Virus record (IMG/VR): IMGVR_UViG_3300025617_000015
Location: 7,197-71,196 of that record
DNA from: a virus
Strand: one strand, 5' to 3'
DNA: 64,000 nt
In this document: positions 28,522-38,241 of the stretch, one piece after another
Layout: every line of letters starts with the position of its first letter
How positions within the stretch are numbered: position 1 is the stretch's first letter
Position numbers and translations under genes: made by a program
Notes under the pieces: model-generated
Told to the model about the DNA's origin: nothing
What the model saw: the letters and a program-made list of their open reading frames with translations, nothing else
The model's database searches: none

Positions 28522-30104
28522 GAAACATAAAAAATATTTTAATTGTTGGCGGCGGCAGCGCAGGCTGGATGAGTGCGGCATATCTTGCAAAGTGTGTTCC
28601 CAATATCAATATTACACTAGTTGAATCACCTAAAGTAGGAACTGTCGGAGTTGGAGAAAGTACACTAGGACATATCAATAAATTCTTAGACAGTTTAGAA
28701 TTAAAAGATGAAGACTGGATGGAATTTTGTAATGCAACTTATAAAACTAGCATTAAATTTACTGATTTTAGAAAGCCCGGCACACATTTCCATTATCCGT
28801 TTGGCGATTATGAGTTATCTCAGACAGTTAACGAATTAAGAGACTGGTCGTATTATGAAGCATACTTTAATAAAAACGAAATTGAAAGTACCTCATTTGC
28901 TAATATCAATATGCCGCATGTCTTAATGACAGAAAAAAATAAATTATCTAGAAACGAAGATAATTTGTTTAGTTCATTTAATTTCCACTTTGACACAGCT
29001 TACCACATGGATGCAGAAAAGTTTGGACAGTATCTTAAAGATAATATTGCTATTCCGAATGGCGTTGAACATATACAAGCAACTATTACTAATATCGAAA
29101 CAAACAGTGACGGAATTAGTTCGATCGACACAGAAGAAGGTGTAACATTATCGGGCTATGATCTATACATCGATTGTACAGGATTTAAAAAACTTCTTAT
29201 ACAAGAAACATTAGGTGTTCCGTTTGAGCCGTTTGATGATGTGTTAATGAATGATAGAGCATTAGCAGTCCGAATACCGTATGTAGATAGAGAAAACGAG
29301 ATGGAGTCTGTTACAAATTGTACTGCTATAGAGAACGGCTGGGTTTGGAATATTCCGTTGTGGAATAGAATTGGAACAGGGTATGTCCATTCAAGTAAAT
29401 TTGTAGACTGGGAACAAGCAGAAGAAGAATTTAGAAATCACTTATCAAAAAGAGAAGGGTTCGATGCTAGTGAATTAACATTCAATAGAATACATATTAA
29501 GCACGGGATACAAAAAGAACCTTGGTTTAAAAACGTTTGTTCTATTGGTCTTGCTTTGGGATTCATCGAACCTTTAGAATCAACCGGACTGCTAACGACT
29601 CATGAAAACATTATTAGGTTAGGCGAAGCATTATCTAGGAGACACGGAAAAGTGACACAAATTGATGTCGACTCGTGGAACTTTGCCGCAAAAATGGAAA
29701 TTGAAAACTTTAAACAGTTTGTGTCTCTTCATTACGGTCTTAGCGAAAGAGATGATACACCGTATTGGCATCATGTAACTTCGAATGTAAATTATAAACG
29801 AAATCATTTAGATCTACAACCAGAACTTGTATATAGTGTGCAGGACACAATGTCTGTTCTTACTTCTAAGTATGAACTAGATGCGACATATACTGATGGA
29901 AAAAATTGTATTATTGCAGGCATGGGCATTAATCCTATAAGCATCCAGCTTGCAGAACGCGAAGCATACCGTTTCCCTAGTGTTGTAGAGTACTGGGAAA
30001 ATGTACGTAAAGCTCAAAATGACAGGAATGCACATATGTTAGAACAAATCGAAAAAATGCCAACGCATTACGAGTTTTTAAGAGATAATATTTATGGAAA
30101 ATAA
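28518..30104 (+). CDS. flavin-dependent halogenase, tryptophan-halogenase family, copy 2
   Basis: GGGSAGW, VGVGEST, NATYK, AYHMDA, IDCTGF, GWVWNIP, FIEPLESTG. Confidence 0.93.
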   Translation: MRNIKNILIVGGGSAGWMSAAYLAKCVPNINITLVESPKVGTVGVGESTLGHINKFLDSLELKDEDWMEFCNATYKTSIKFTDFRKPGTHFHYPFGDYELSQTVNELRDWSYYEAYFNKNEIESTSFANINMPHVLMTEKNKLSRNEDNLFSSFNFHFDTAYHMDAEKFGQYLKDNIAIPNGVEHIQATITNIETNSDGISSIDTEEGVTLSGYDLYIDCTGFKKLLIQETLGVPFEPFDDVLMNDRALAVRIPYVDRENEMESVTNCTAIENGWVWNIPLWNRIGTGYVHSSKFVDWEQAEEEFRNHLSKREGFDASELTFNRIHIKHGIQKEPWFKNVCSIGLALGFIEPLESTGLLTTHENIIRLGEALSRRHGKVTQIDVDSWNFAAKMEIENFKQFVSLHYGLSERDDTPYWHHVTSNVNYKRNHLDLQPELVYSVQDTMSVLTSKYELDATYTDGKNCIIAGMGINPISIQLAEREAYRFPSVVEYWENVRKAQNDRNAHMLEQIEKMPTHYEFLRDNIYGK

Positions 30105-31581
30105 TATTATTGTCTTAGGAGGCGGCACAGCCGGTTGGCTAACGGCAATGACATTAAGGAAATTATGGCCAGATACTGTTGTTACAGTTATTGAAGATCC
30201 TTCAAAACCTCCAATTATTGCAGGCGAGTCAGGAGGAATGGCAATTGCAAATATCTTTAACCTTTTAGATATTGATATAGTTGAATGGGAGAATGCTGTT
30301 AACGCAACACCAAAGTTGGGAGGAATATTTTACAATTGGAATGGTGAGGGTAGTGTATTCCATCATGCTCTTGTTCACAATTATACAGATAGTTGGAGTA
30401 AAAACTTTGATTCGCTCGAAGAACAGATGTTCTATCTTAGAACATTAATTAAAAATAATGTAGACTTGTGTGATGCATTCACAGCCGGCGACTTTATTAA
30501 GAATAACAAAGTACCATTTGACAATAATTTAAAACCGTTGCATCCTTCAATGCATCACTTTGACAGCAGAGCTACTGCCGCATATCTTAAAAAAATTGGT
30601 TTAAGCCGAGGTATAACATTAGTCGAAGCATCGTTTACACATTGCGATAAAGACGAAAACGGTAACTTAACAACAATGCATTTCAATAATCATCCGTCCT
30701 TATCGGCAGACTGGTTTTTTGATTGTAGCGGATTTGCTCGATTACTACTAGAAAAAGAATGCAATATAAGTAACACCGACTATTCAGAAATTTTCCCTGC
30801 TAGGGCAGTAGTAGCATGGTGGGACGATAGTGATCTATATTCGAGTACAATTGCAACAGCAATGGATGCGGGCTGGAGTTGGAAAATAGGATTAATGCAT
30901 CGTTCTGGTCAAGGATACTTGTACGATCCTGATATCTTAACTGAAGACCAGGCGCTTGCAGAAGTACATAAGAAGTTTGGAAATCACATCGAGCCAGTAG
31001 CAAAACTTAAATTTACTCCTAGTATTTTAGATGAGTTTTGGTATAAAAATGTAATCGGTATTGGATTGAGCACTGGGTTTTTAGAACCTTTAGAAGCAAA
31101 TGGTACCGGCGTTATTGTAGATAGTTTATTAGCATTGCAAGCATATTTCAATCCGCATAGCAGAAACTTTAATAATAGATCACAGTTCAACAATGCAGTA
31201 CATCGATCTTATCAGACAATTAAAGACTTCTTAAGTTTGCATTATAGAGGCAAAGGCCTAAACACTGAATTTTGGAAAGAACAGCAAAGTAATCCGAATA
31301 GAATACCCGACTCGTTGAGATCTAGATTACACGATTTTGAATATTTTTACAGGACCAATAATATCGAATATATACAGTATATGTATCAGTACGGGATCGA
31401 AAGCTGGTTAACTGTTATTCAAGCACTTGATATTATTGATCCTTCAATAATTGATATTAAAGATGATGTAGATTCGTTGGTATTAAAACATTTTGAAAAA
31501 GAAAAACAAATACAACGTAAGATACAAAACAAAAGTATAAGGATAGAAGAATGGAAAGAACTTATAAAGAACAAATCGTAA
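30094..31581 (+). CDS. flavin-dependent halogenase family, copy 3
   Basis: GGGTAGW, AGESG, NATPK, HHFD, FDCSGF, GWSWKIG, FLEPLEAN. Confidence 0.88.
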   Translation: MENNIIVLGGGTAGWLTAMTLRKLWPDTVVTVIEDPSKPPIIAGESGGMAIANIFNLLDIDIVEWENAVNATPKLGGIFYNWNGEGSVFHHALVHNYTDSWSKNFDSLEEQMFYLRTLIKNNVDLCDAFTAGDFIKNNKVPFDNNLKPLHPSMHHFDSRATAAYLKKIGLSRGITLVEASFTHCDKDENGNLTTMHFNNHPSLSADWFFDCSGFARLLLEKECNISNTDYSEIFPARAVVAWWDDSDLYSSTIATAMDAGWSWKIGLMHRSGQGYLYDPDILTEDQALAEVHKKFGNHIEPVAKLKFTPSILDEFWYKNVIGIGLSTGFLEPLEANGTGVIVDSLLALQAYFNPHSRNFNNRSQFNNAVHRSYQTIKDFLSLHYRGKGLNTEFWKEQQSNPNRIPDSLRSRLHDFEYFYRTNNIEYIQYMYQYGIESWLTVIQALDIIDPSIIDIKDDVDSLVLKHFEKEKQIQRKIQNKSIRIEEWKELIKNKS

Positions 31582-32144
31582 CTACTAGTACTGGAAGAAA
31601 AATTTGGATTTACGATGATGTATTTACGTATCAAGAACGCACCGGATTTTATGAACAAGCACAACATTCTTTTTTTCGTATTCGTGGCAGTGATAATGAT
31701 ATTTTAGAATATAAAGAGCATGTTAGTGTTGTTAGTATGTATCATGTTAACGATGTTCAGCAAATGGGAATTTACGATTTAATCCCTGAGGAAATTAGAA
31801 AAAAACATCATATGACGTATGAAAATATTGATGACACAATGATTAATATGGTTACTCCGTCGGATAGATTTCATGTACATGTTGATAATGATAGCGAACA
31901 CGGCAGAACATTTGTATATTATATGAACGTAAACTGGGATGTTGAATGGGGCGGCGATACCTTGTTTTTAGACGAGGAAGGAAAAAACATTGAGTTTTGC
32001 AGCCAGTTTAAACCGGGACGTTTTATATTATTTGATCCAAAAATTCCGCATATGATTCGTCCAAGCACTGTACTGGCTCCTCATTTTAGATTTAGTCTAG
32101 CTAGTAAATTTATCCCACATCTATTGGAAAAGCCTAAATGGTAA
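31551..32144 (+). CDS. 2OG-Fe(II) oxygenase (prolyl-4-hydroxylase-like)
   Basis: HVD..YYMN..W...WGGDT..KPGR..LFD..IPH..RFS. Confidence 0.85.
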   Translation: MERTYKEQIVTTSTGRKIWIYDDVFTYQERTGFYEQAQHSFFRIRGSDNDILEYKEHVSVVSMYHVNDVQQMGIYDLIPEEIRKKHHMTYENIDDTMINMVTPSDRFHVHVDNDSEHGRTFVYYMNVNWDVEWGGDTLFLDEEGKNIEFCSQFKPGRFILFDPKIPHMIRPSTVLAPHFRFSLASKFIPHLLEKPKW

Positions 32145-33313
32145 TTGGTGTTGTCGGAATCGGTACAGCTGGTTTACAGAGTATTGTTCATTTATTAGGA
32201 CATACTCCAGACGATATTAAAGTGGTTAGTATCTATGATCCTTCGATTGATATTTTAGGAATAGGGGAAAGCACAACTACATTTCTCCCATATGTATTAG
32301 GATCGGTATTAGACTTTTCGATGGTAGAAGATGCCGAACTATTAGATGCTACAACTAAACACGGAGTTAAATATTCTAATTGGGGTGATAATGATTTCTT
32401 TACAAGCATTTATCCTCCGTATCATGGAATGCATTTTAATAATTTTAAATTAAGAAAGTTCGTGTTAGATAGGTGCAACGAGAAATTTGCAGATAGGTTT
32501 TCTGAAATACAAGGAAAAATAACAAACATTTCTCAAGATGAAAATTGTGTTGAAGTTACAATCAATAACGAAATATCACAGTTCGATTATCTTGTAGATT
32601 GTACCGGCTATCCGAAAGACTATAGTGATTATACTGTTGATGAAAACATGCCAGTTAATCATTGCTTAGTTAATATGATTGAAACTCCAGGAGATTGGAA
32701 TTACACACATCATTACGCAACTGAACACGGCTGGATGTTTGGAATACCTTTGCAAACCCGTCAGGGTTGGGGCTACTTGTTTAATGATAATATTACTTCT
32801 GTTGAAGAGGCAACAAAAGATATTGCTTCAATATTTAACACTAAAGTAGAAGAATTAAACTTACGAGAGTTTAAATTTAAAAATTATCATGCTAACACAT
32901 TTATTAACAATCGTATAGCAGTTAACGGTAACAAAGCATTATTCTATGAACCTTTAGAAGCACTTAGTGGGACATTTTATGAAGGAATAATTGTAGAGTT
33001 TATAGATGTTATTTTAGATGGTAAAGATAGCGAACATGCTAACAAAAAGTTAATTAACTCTGCAAGCAGATACAAAGACTTTATACACTTTGTATATGCC
33101 GGCGGGAGTAAATATGACAGTCTTTTTTGGAAAACTACAAAGAAAAAGGTTGACAACTACCTAGAAAATAGTGTAACATTTAAAGAACTACAACGAACAA
33201 GAGCGTTTTTGTCTACACTTGTAGACGACAGAATTGTACAATTTCCTGTAAGTATCGATTTATGGAATCTTATAGATGAAAAAATGAAGTTAGAGTATTT
33301 GAATGATAGATGA
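32138..33313 (+). CDS. flavin-dependent halogenase family, short divergent copy 4
   Basis: GIGTAG, LGIGEST, ATTK, HFN, VDCTGY, GWMFGIP, FYEPLEA. Only 391 aa. Confidence 0.82.
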   Translation: MVIGVVGIGTAGLQSIVHLLGHTPDDIKVVSIYDPSIDILGIGESTTTFLPYVLGSVLDFSMVEDAELLDATTKHGVKYSNWGDNDFFTSIYPPYHGMHFNNFKLRKFVLDRCNEKFADRFSEIQGKITNISQDENCVEVTINNEISQFDYLVDCTGYPKDYSDYTVDENMPVNHCLVNMIETPGDWNYTHHYATEHGWMFGIPLQTRQGWGYLFNDNITSVEEATKDIASIFNTKVEELNLREFKFKNYHANTFINNRIAVNGNKALFYEPLEALSGTFYEGIIVEFIDVILDGKDSEHANKKLINSASRYKDFIHFVYAGGSKYDSLFWKTTKKKVDNYLENSVTFKELQRTRAFLSTLVDDRIVQFPVSIDLWNLIDEKMKLEYLNDR

Positions 33314-33899
33314 TATTATTGTAGTCGACGATGTAATACCAACATCTTATCAAGATGAAATATATGATATGATGTTTAATCAGGGAAACTTTCCTTGGTA
33401 CTATGTACATGATGTAACTTTTGTACAGGAAAAAATTGAAAAAGCACAACTTAAAAAGAGTAACCCGGCATTATGTCATGTATTTTACAGTTACGAAATG
33501 GATCATACAAGTCCGTATCTGAACTTTATTAAGCCGTTAGCATACTTAGCATGTGCTAAAATTAATCAAAACGTACAAGAGATTATAACTGCACGTAGCT
33601 TTTTACAACTGCCTAGTGGAGTTGACATACAAACACCTAATCATCCGCATGTTGATTTAGACTTTGCACATCTTGTGTGTTTGTATTATGTTAATGATAA
33701 CGAAGCACCGACTAATATTTACAAACAAAATAGTAATGACATCAAACTACGCGATATTCCTAATACAGACTTTGAAATCGATCAAGTAGTTTACCCTAAA
33801 AAAGGAAGATGTGTGTTTTTTAACGGTAACAGGTACCACTCAAGCTCTAGTCCGAATATGTCATCTAGATGTATAATTAATTTTGATATAGGAACTTAA
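33303..33899 (+). CDS. 2OG-Fe(II) oxygenase
   Basis: FPW..PHVD..LYYVND..PKKGR..FNG..YHSS..R.IINF. Confidence 0.85.
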   Translation: MIDDIIVVDDVIPTSYQDEIYDMMFNQGNFPWYYVHDVTFVQEKIEKAQLKKSNPALCHVFYSYEMDHTSPYLNFIKPLAYLACAKINQNVQEIITARSFLQLPSGVDIQTPNHPHVDLDFAHLVCLYYVNDNEAPTNIYKQNSNDIKLRDIPNTDFEIDQVVYPKKGRCVFFNGNRYHSSSSPNMSSRCIINFDIGT

Positions 33900-33900
33900 C

Positions 33901-34497
33901 ATGCAATACATTGATACGCCCTTTGGAATACCACTTAAAGTGGTAGATCCAACACTGGATGTTAGAGAACAGTTGATTACAGAAACTAAAGTAGCCGCTG
34001 AAAATAATAGAGAAAACACCATTAATCCGTGGGCGGGAAAAATGGATGCTACTTTTAGATTTGACCAACATGTAAACATTGTAGAAGAAGAATGTCCGTT
34101 ATTAAAAGAATATCTATACGGATTAATTAACGACTTCTTGTACGAATTAGATTTAAATTATCCATACAGTTTTGTAAAGATGGACGAGTCTTGGATAAAC
34201 TATAGTAGAAAAGGATCGTACCAAGAATTTCATATGCACCCGGAATCAGATATCTCAGGAATATTCTATGTAACCGCCCCGCCAAATAGCGGAGACTTGA
34301 TGTTTAATTCTCCTGCAAGTGCATACAATTATCATAAACTTACTCATAGATCAAACAGAATGCATGCTTCGGTAACTTATAAACCATACGAAGGTAGAAC
34401 AATTTTATTTCCGTCATATCTAGAACATATGGTAGGTTTAAACGATACTGACGAAGAGCGCATCAGTATTGCATTTAATGTAAAGTTGGTAGAATAA
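33901..34497 (+). CDS. 2OG-Fe(II) oxygenase (TIGR02466-like)
   Basis: SWIN..HMHP..SGIFY..LFPSYLEH..N..RISIAFN. Confidence 0.87.
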   Translation: MQYIDTPFGIPLKVVDPTLDVREQLITETKVAAENNRENTINPWAGKMDATFRFDQHVNIVEEECPLLKEYLYGLINDFLYELDLNYPYSFVKMDESWINYSRKGSYQEFHMHPESDISGIFYVTAPPNSGDLMFNSPASAYNYHKLTHRSNRMHASVTYKPYEGRTILFPSYLEHMVGLNDTDEERISIAFNVKLVE

Positions 34498-35150
34498 TGA
34501 ACGATCATAACGAAGTAGTCGGTATATTTCCAACACCGGTATACTTTGCACTACCAGAAAATATAGAGAACTTACAAGATAGTATTAATTTTCTACATAA
34601 TCTTCCTTTAAGTATTGACACCGAAGCAGATACTGAATTGAGATATGGCGGCGTTTCGGCCGATAGTTATATTTTAAACAGGCCCGAATGTGGATTATTA
34701 AAAGAGTGGATTTTAAAACATGTTAATATATACTGTAAAGAAGTATTAGCATGGGATTACAATAAAATTAGTATCACACAGAGCTGGGTTAGTACTAAAT
34801 GTAAGGGACAAAAGCATGTTATGCACCGCCACCCTAACAGCTTAGTTAGTGGAGTGTTTTATTGGCAAGATGATATTGAGGATATTTCTTTTTTAAAACC
34901 AGAGCCGAGAACAAACTTTAGTATAAAACGAAATACAGAAATTGATAGTGTGTATGCATGGGACTATCATAAATTTTCTCCCAAGAAGAATACATTAGTA
35001 TTATTTCCAAGCGAACAGAAACATGGTGTTGCTGAAAACTTTAACGATACTCCTCGAAAAAGTTTAGCATTCAACACCATGATTTTTGAGAAAATTGGAA
35101 TGCAGGAAGAACTAAGTGAATTAGATCTAAGTCGGATTAACGATCGTTAA
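34497..35150 (+). CDS. 2OG-Fe(II) oxygenase (TIGR02466-like)
   Basis: IFPTP..SW..HRHPNS..SGVFY..LFPSEQKH..RKSLAFN. Confidence 0.87.
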   Translation: MNDHNEVVGIFPTPVYFALPENIENLQDSINFLHNLPLSIDTEADTELRYGGVSADSYILNRPECGLLKEWILKHVNIYCKEVLAWDYNKISITQSWVSTKCKGQKHVMHRHPNSLVSGVFYWQDDIEDISFLKPEPRTNFSIKRNTEIDSVYAWDYHKFSPKKNTLVLFPSEQKHGVAENFNDTPRKSLAFNTMIFEKIGMQEELSELDLSRINDR

Positions 35151-35316
35151 AATAATCATTTCCTTCAACCTCTTCAGTTTCAGGTCCTAGTTTTACGCCT
35201 TTACTGGCGCCTGCTTTTTTGATTTCTACAATACGCTCTTCAGTATTTTTGATGAACATTGCATAATCAAATGCTTTATAGTAAGCGTCAAATTCTTTAT
35301 TATCAACTGTCCACAT
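35137..35316 (-). CDS. 59-aa hypothetical protein (not in the ORF track)
   Basis: MWTVDNKEFDAYYKAFDYAMFIKNTEERIVEIKKAGASKGVKLGPETEEVEGNDYFNDR*. AGGAG RBS and an exact TATAAATA upstream on the minus strand. Confidence 0.7.
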   Translation of the reverse strand: MWTVDNKEFDAYYKAFDYAMFIKNTEERIVEIKKAGASKGVKLGPETEEVEGNDYFNDR

Positions 35317-35340
35317 CGGGTAACTCCTATTTTATAACAG

Positions 35341-35348
35341 TATTTATA
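35341..35348 (-). promoter_or_regulatory. exact T4 late promoter consensus TATAAATA
   Basis: tatttata on the plus strand, upstream of the 35137..35316 gene. Confidence 0.75.
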
Positions 35349-35355
35349 CTTTTAG

Positions 35356-35961
35356 CTATAAAGATAGCCAATTGAAATGATTTTCCTTGCCTAATACTGT
35401 TGGCATAAAATTCATACTAACAGTAAGTCTTTTTGTCGGCATAGTATTTATCTGGCTTGTATGATTTATGTATGACGGAAAAAGTAATAAAGTATCCTGT
35501 ATTGCTGGCATCAAAAATTCACCAACAGTATACGGAGTGGTGTTACTAATCTCTGTTTGTATCATAGTTTCTAGAGGATTTTTAGTTGATTTAAAAACTG
35601 TGCCTCCCGAATATTCAGTGACGTCTAAGTAATATACAGCACTAATCATACTATTACTATGATAATGCCAATTAATTTGACCACCATCAGACATGTTGTT
35701 GACCCATGCTTGACAGCAAATTAAATCATCACACTTCCATCCAATACCGTTCCAAAATTCTATTGCCTGATCCTTGCACCAATCGATAAGGTGCGCCCAA
35801 TCTTCATCTTCATGTAAGTTAGTTTGACTTTGATCAAACGATCCTAAACCGTTTTCGTCGTTCTTCCAAACTAATTTATTTTTTAAGATTTCTAAATCGT
35901 ATGCAACTGATGTATTATTAACCCTTGCAATTGCATCAGGAAAGACTGCGCTAATTTCCAT
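35356..35961 (-). CDS. 2OG-Fe(II) oxygenase (TIGR02466-like)
   Basis: AWVN..HYHSNS..SAVYY..LFPSYINH..RLTVSMN. Confidence 0.85.
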   Translation of the reverse strand: MEISAVFPDAIARVNNTSVAYDLEILKNKLVWKNDENGLGSFDQSQTNLHEDEDWAHLIDWCKDQAIEFWNGIGWKCDDLICCQAWVNNMSDGGQINWHYHSNSMISAVYYLDVTEYSGGTVFKSTKNPLETMIQTEISNTTPYTVGEFLMPAIQDTLLLFPSYINHTSQINTMPTKRLTVSMNFMPTVLGKENHFNWLSL

Positions 35962-36206
35962 TATTCAACTTCGGCGATTTGACTCATTTGATCATAGTTA
36001 ACAACAAAACGTTGATGTGATGATAAATCAATTACTTCGCATAAACGATTTTCTGGATCTCTTTGAAGTACTTGCCCAATGCCATTAATTAAAGTTAACG
36101 GAATATCCTTGGCTTGACTTGCTAACAATGGAACACTATCAGCACTAACTTGAGCTTCGTAGTGACAAAAATAATTTTTTCCTACGTCCATTTCTTCTGG
36201 TTTCAT
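35961..36206 (-). CDS. hypothetical protein
   Basis: 81 aa, abuts or overlaps both neighbours, AGGAG RBS. Confidence 0.6.
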   Translation of the reverse strand: MKPEEMDVGKNYFCHYEAQVSADSVPLLASQAKDIPLTLINGIGQVLQRDPENRLCEVIDLSSHQRFVVNYDQMSQIAEVE

Positions 36207-36941
36207 TTATTTCTCCTTTGAAATTTTTCTTTGTAAATTTTTATACCCACCGGCAAATACATCGGCCCATCTCCTATAACCTACTTCAGTAACTTTACGA
36301 AGCTCGTCAGTCATCGGGCCTACGTTGTACTTAACCGAATCTCTCTTGAACGGAACAAAAAGACAGAGAGGAGTTCCTCGCTCGATTTTTGTAACACCGT
36401 AATTATATAACGCTAAATGTTGACTTATATCATAATGTATATCGGACCATATAACGCCTGGCAGTGCAGTAAAGTCTTTATTATAATTATAAAACAAAGG
36501 CAACTGCATAATAGCCCAGCCCGGCGGAGTACGAACTCTCCACGGACATATAGCTTTAAAAATCATGCTATATGGATCGTTCGGAATATGATCTTTAAAC
36601 TGCGCATTGCCTTGATTAGTAAATTGCCAAAACTTGTTGTTAGGTGTATTCCAATAATATTGACCATCTTTGTGTACATCGACTTCAACATCAGTCCACA
36701 TTTTTAAAACATATCCCTGTTTAAAATAATCAATAAATGCCGGACATGCTTTTGCTGTTTCGGGCCGACCGCCTGCGCCTACATGCTCTCTAGGCAAATC
36801 ACGAAACCACTCAGGCATCTCTTTAATAGCCGGAACAGGCGGTTCAATGTTTTCCATTCCCGGAACTATTGACCAGAAATCTACTTGGCATTCTGCTTCG
36901 GTTTCTTTTTTATCTCTTACGAGCTTATTCCACCAACCCAT
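36207..36941 (-). CDS. conserved phage protein of unknown function (DUF6065/dUTPase-fold-like), copy 1
   Basis: PEWF..TAKACPAFID..GY..PWR..TPPG..LPGV..D..GTPL..PFKR. Paralog of 36941. Confidence 0.55.
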   Translation of the reverse strand: MGWWNKLVRDKKETEAECQVDFWSIVPGMENIEPPVPAIKEMPEWFRDLPREHVGAGGRPETAKACPAFIDYFKQGYVLKMWTDVEVDVHKDGQYYWNTPNNKFWQFTNQGNAQFKDHIPNDPYSMIFKAICPWRVRTPPGWAIMQLPLFYNYNKDFTALPGVIWSDIHYDISQHLALYNYGVTKIERGTPLCLFVPFKRDSVKYNVGPMTDELRKVTEVGYRRWADVFAGGYKNLQRKISKEK

Positions 36942-37657
36942 TATTGATCCTTTTTAATCTTTTGAATATGTTCTCGGTATCCGTCTTTAAACTTACTAGC
37001 CCAGTGATAGTATGCAATGTTAGTTTTATATCTCAACTGTTCTGTTAATTCGGATATTGTAAATTTCCATTTTTCTCGTTTGATAGGTATGTATACTGCC
37101 AATGGAGTTCCTCTAGGAATAAAAGTCCTGCCGGTATTATGGATAGCAATTTGTTGATTTACTTCGTAATGCACATCAGTCCAAATAGTTCCTGGAAGAA
37201 CTGTAAAGTCTTTATTAAAATCATAAAACATTGGAAGTTGTAAAACTGAATATCCTTTTGGAGTCATTATTCTCCACGGCGAGACTGCTTTTAAAATCAT
37301 TTCATAATTTGAATTTTTAGGAATGTGATCAATAAATTGATTGTCTAAGTGAGTATCAAATCTAAAATTATCTTCGGGTGTACGCACACTAAAATTATTA
37401 TCTTTGTCTGTAATAACTTCTAAATCACACCATAGAGGAATGACCCATCCATTCTCCCAAAAATCCATAAATGCTGGACATCTTTTAGCAGTACCGGGAT
37501 GTAAAGGCTGATTACTGTCTATTGAATTAGGCATATTCTTAAACCATTTAGGAATATACTCACGCATAGGTACAGGAGGACATACTTGTTCTAAGCCCTC
37601 TATTTCAGACCAAAATGTTATTTCGGGTTTTTGTTTTTTAAAAAAGTTAAACATCAT
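36941..37657 (-). CDS. conserved phage protein of unknown function (DUF6065/dUTPase-fold-like), copy 2
   Basis: PKWF..TAKRCPAFMD..GW..PWR..TPKG..LPGT..D..GTPL..PIKR. Confidence 0.55.
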   Translation of the reverse strand: MMFNFFKKQKPEITFWSEIEGLEQVCPPVPMREYIPKWFKNMPNSIDSNQPLHPGTAKRCPAFMDFWENGWVIPLWCDLEVITDKDNNFSVRTPEDNFRFDTHLDNQFIDHIPKNSNYEMILKAVSPWRIMTPKGYSVLQLPMFYDFNKDFTVLPGTIWTDVHYEVNQQIAIHNTGRTFIPRGTPLAVYIPIKREKWKFTISELTEQLRYKTNIAYYHWASKFKDGYREHIQKIKKDQ

Positions 37658-38235
37658 TTCACTGTAAAATTAAAAGTTATAACTGCTCTGCCTGAACAAT
37701 TTTTAGGTCTAGAACTCTGATGGTAATGACTTCCGTTAAAGATAAAAATTTTTCCTTTTTTAGGAGAACTTCTAGTTAGCTCTGTATATTCCGATGATTG
37801 TGTTGTTTCGTTATAAACAACAGTGTCACCGTCAGCATCATTAGCATAATATAGTCCTGTATAGTGCGGTATCCTAAAATCGATATGGGCATCATCGCCC
37901 GGATTAACATCATACCCTGGAAGCCCATTAGGTGTTAAATTAGTAGGCATCAACATGCCGGCTCGTACTCGTAAGATCTTATCAACTTCTTTATTAAGCA
38001 TTTCGCCCATAACATATGTGATAGGTGCAAAATTTGTAAAGAATGGTGTTGCTGTTGTTCCTTTCTTATTGTTAGGACCATCATCAATTAAGTAATGACT
38101 AAATGCAGTATTAAACTGAGTATCATTAAATCTTTCATTCACTACAAACCAAGGAAACTCTCTAGAAAACAACAAGTCTTCTAGGTCATTTTGATATGCA
38201 ATTGGAATTGCGTTTTCCTTACTAATATACTTCAT
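37654..38235 (-). CDS. 2OG-Fe(II) oxygenase (paralog of 33303)
   Basis: FPW..AHID..LYYANDADGDT..PKKG..FNG..YH.S..R.VITFN. Confidence 0.85.
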   Translation of the reverse strand: MKYISKENAIPIAYQNDLEDLLFSREFPWFVVNERFNDTQFNTAFSHYLIDDGPNNKKGTTATPFFTNFAPITYVMGEMLNKEVDKILRVRAGMLMPTNLTPNGLPGYDVNPGDDAHIDFRIPHYTGLYYANDADGDTVVYNETTQSSEYTELTRSSPKKGKIFIFNGSHYHQSSRPKNCSGRAVITFNFTVK

Positions 38236-38241
38236 CAATGA

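Noticed and set aside
26431-38235. Island as a captured bacterial secondary-metabolite cluster (e.g. pyrrolnitrin prnABCD)
   Set aside because: No PrnB/PrnD, NRPS/PKS, reductase or transporter genes are present, and the genes use phage-type late boxes.
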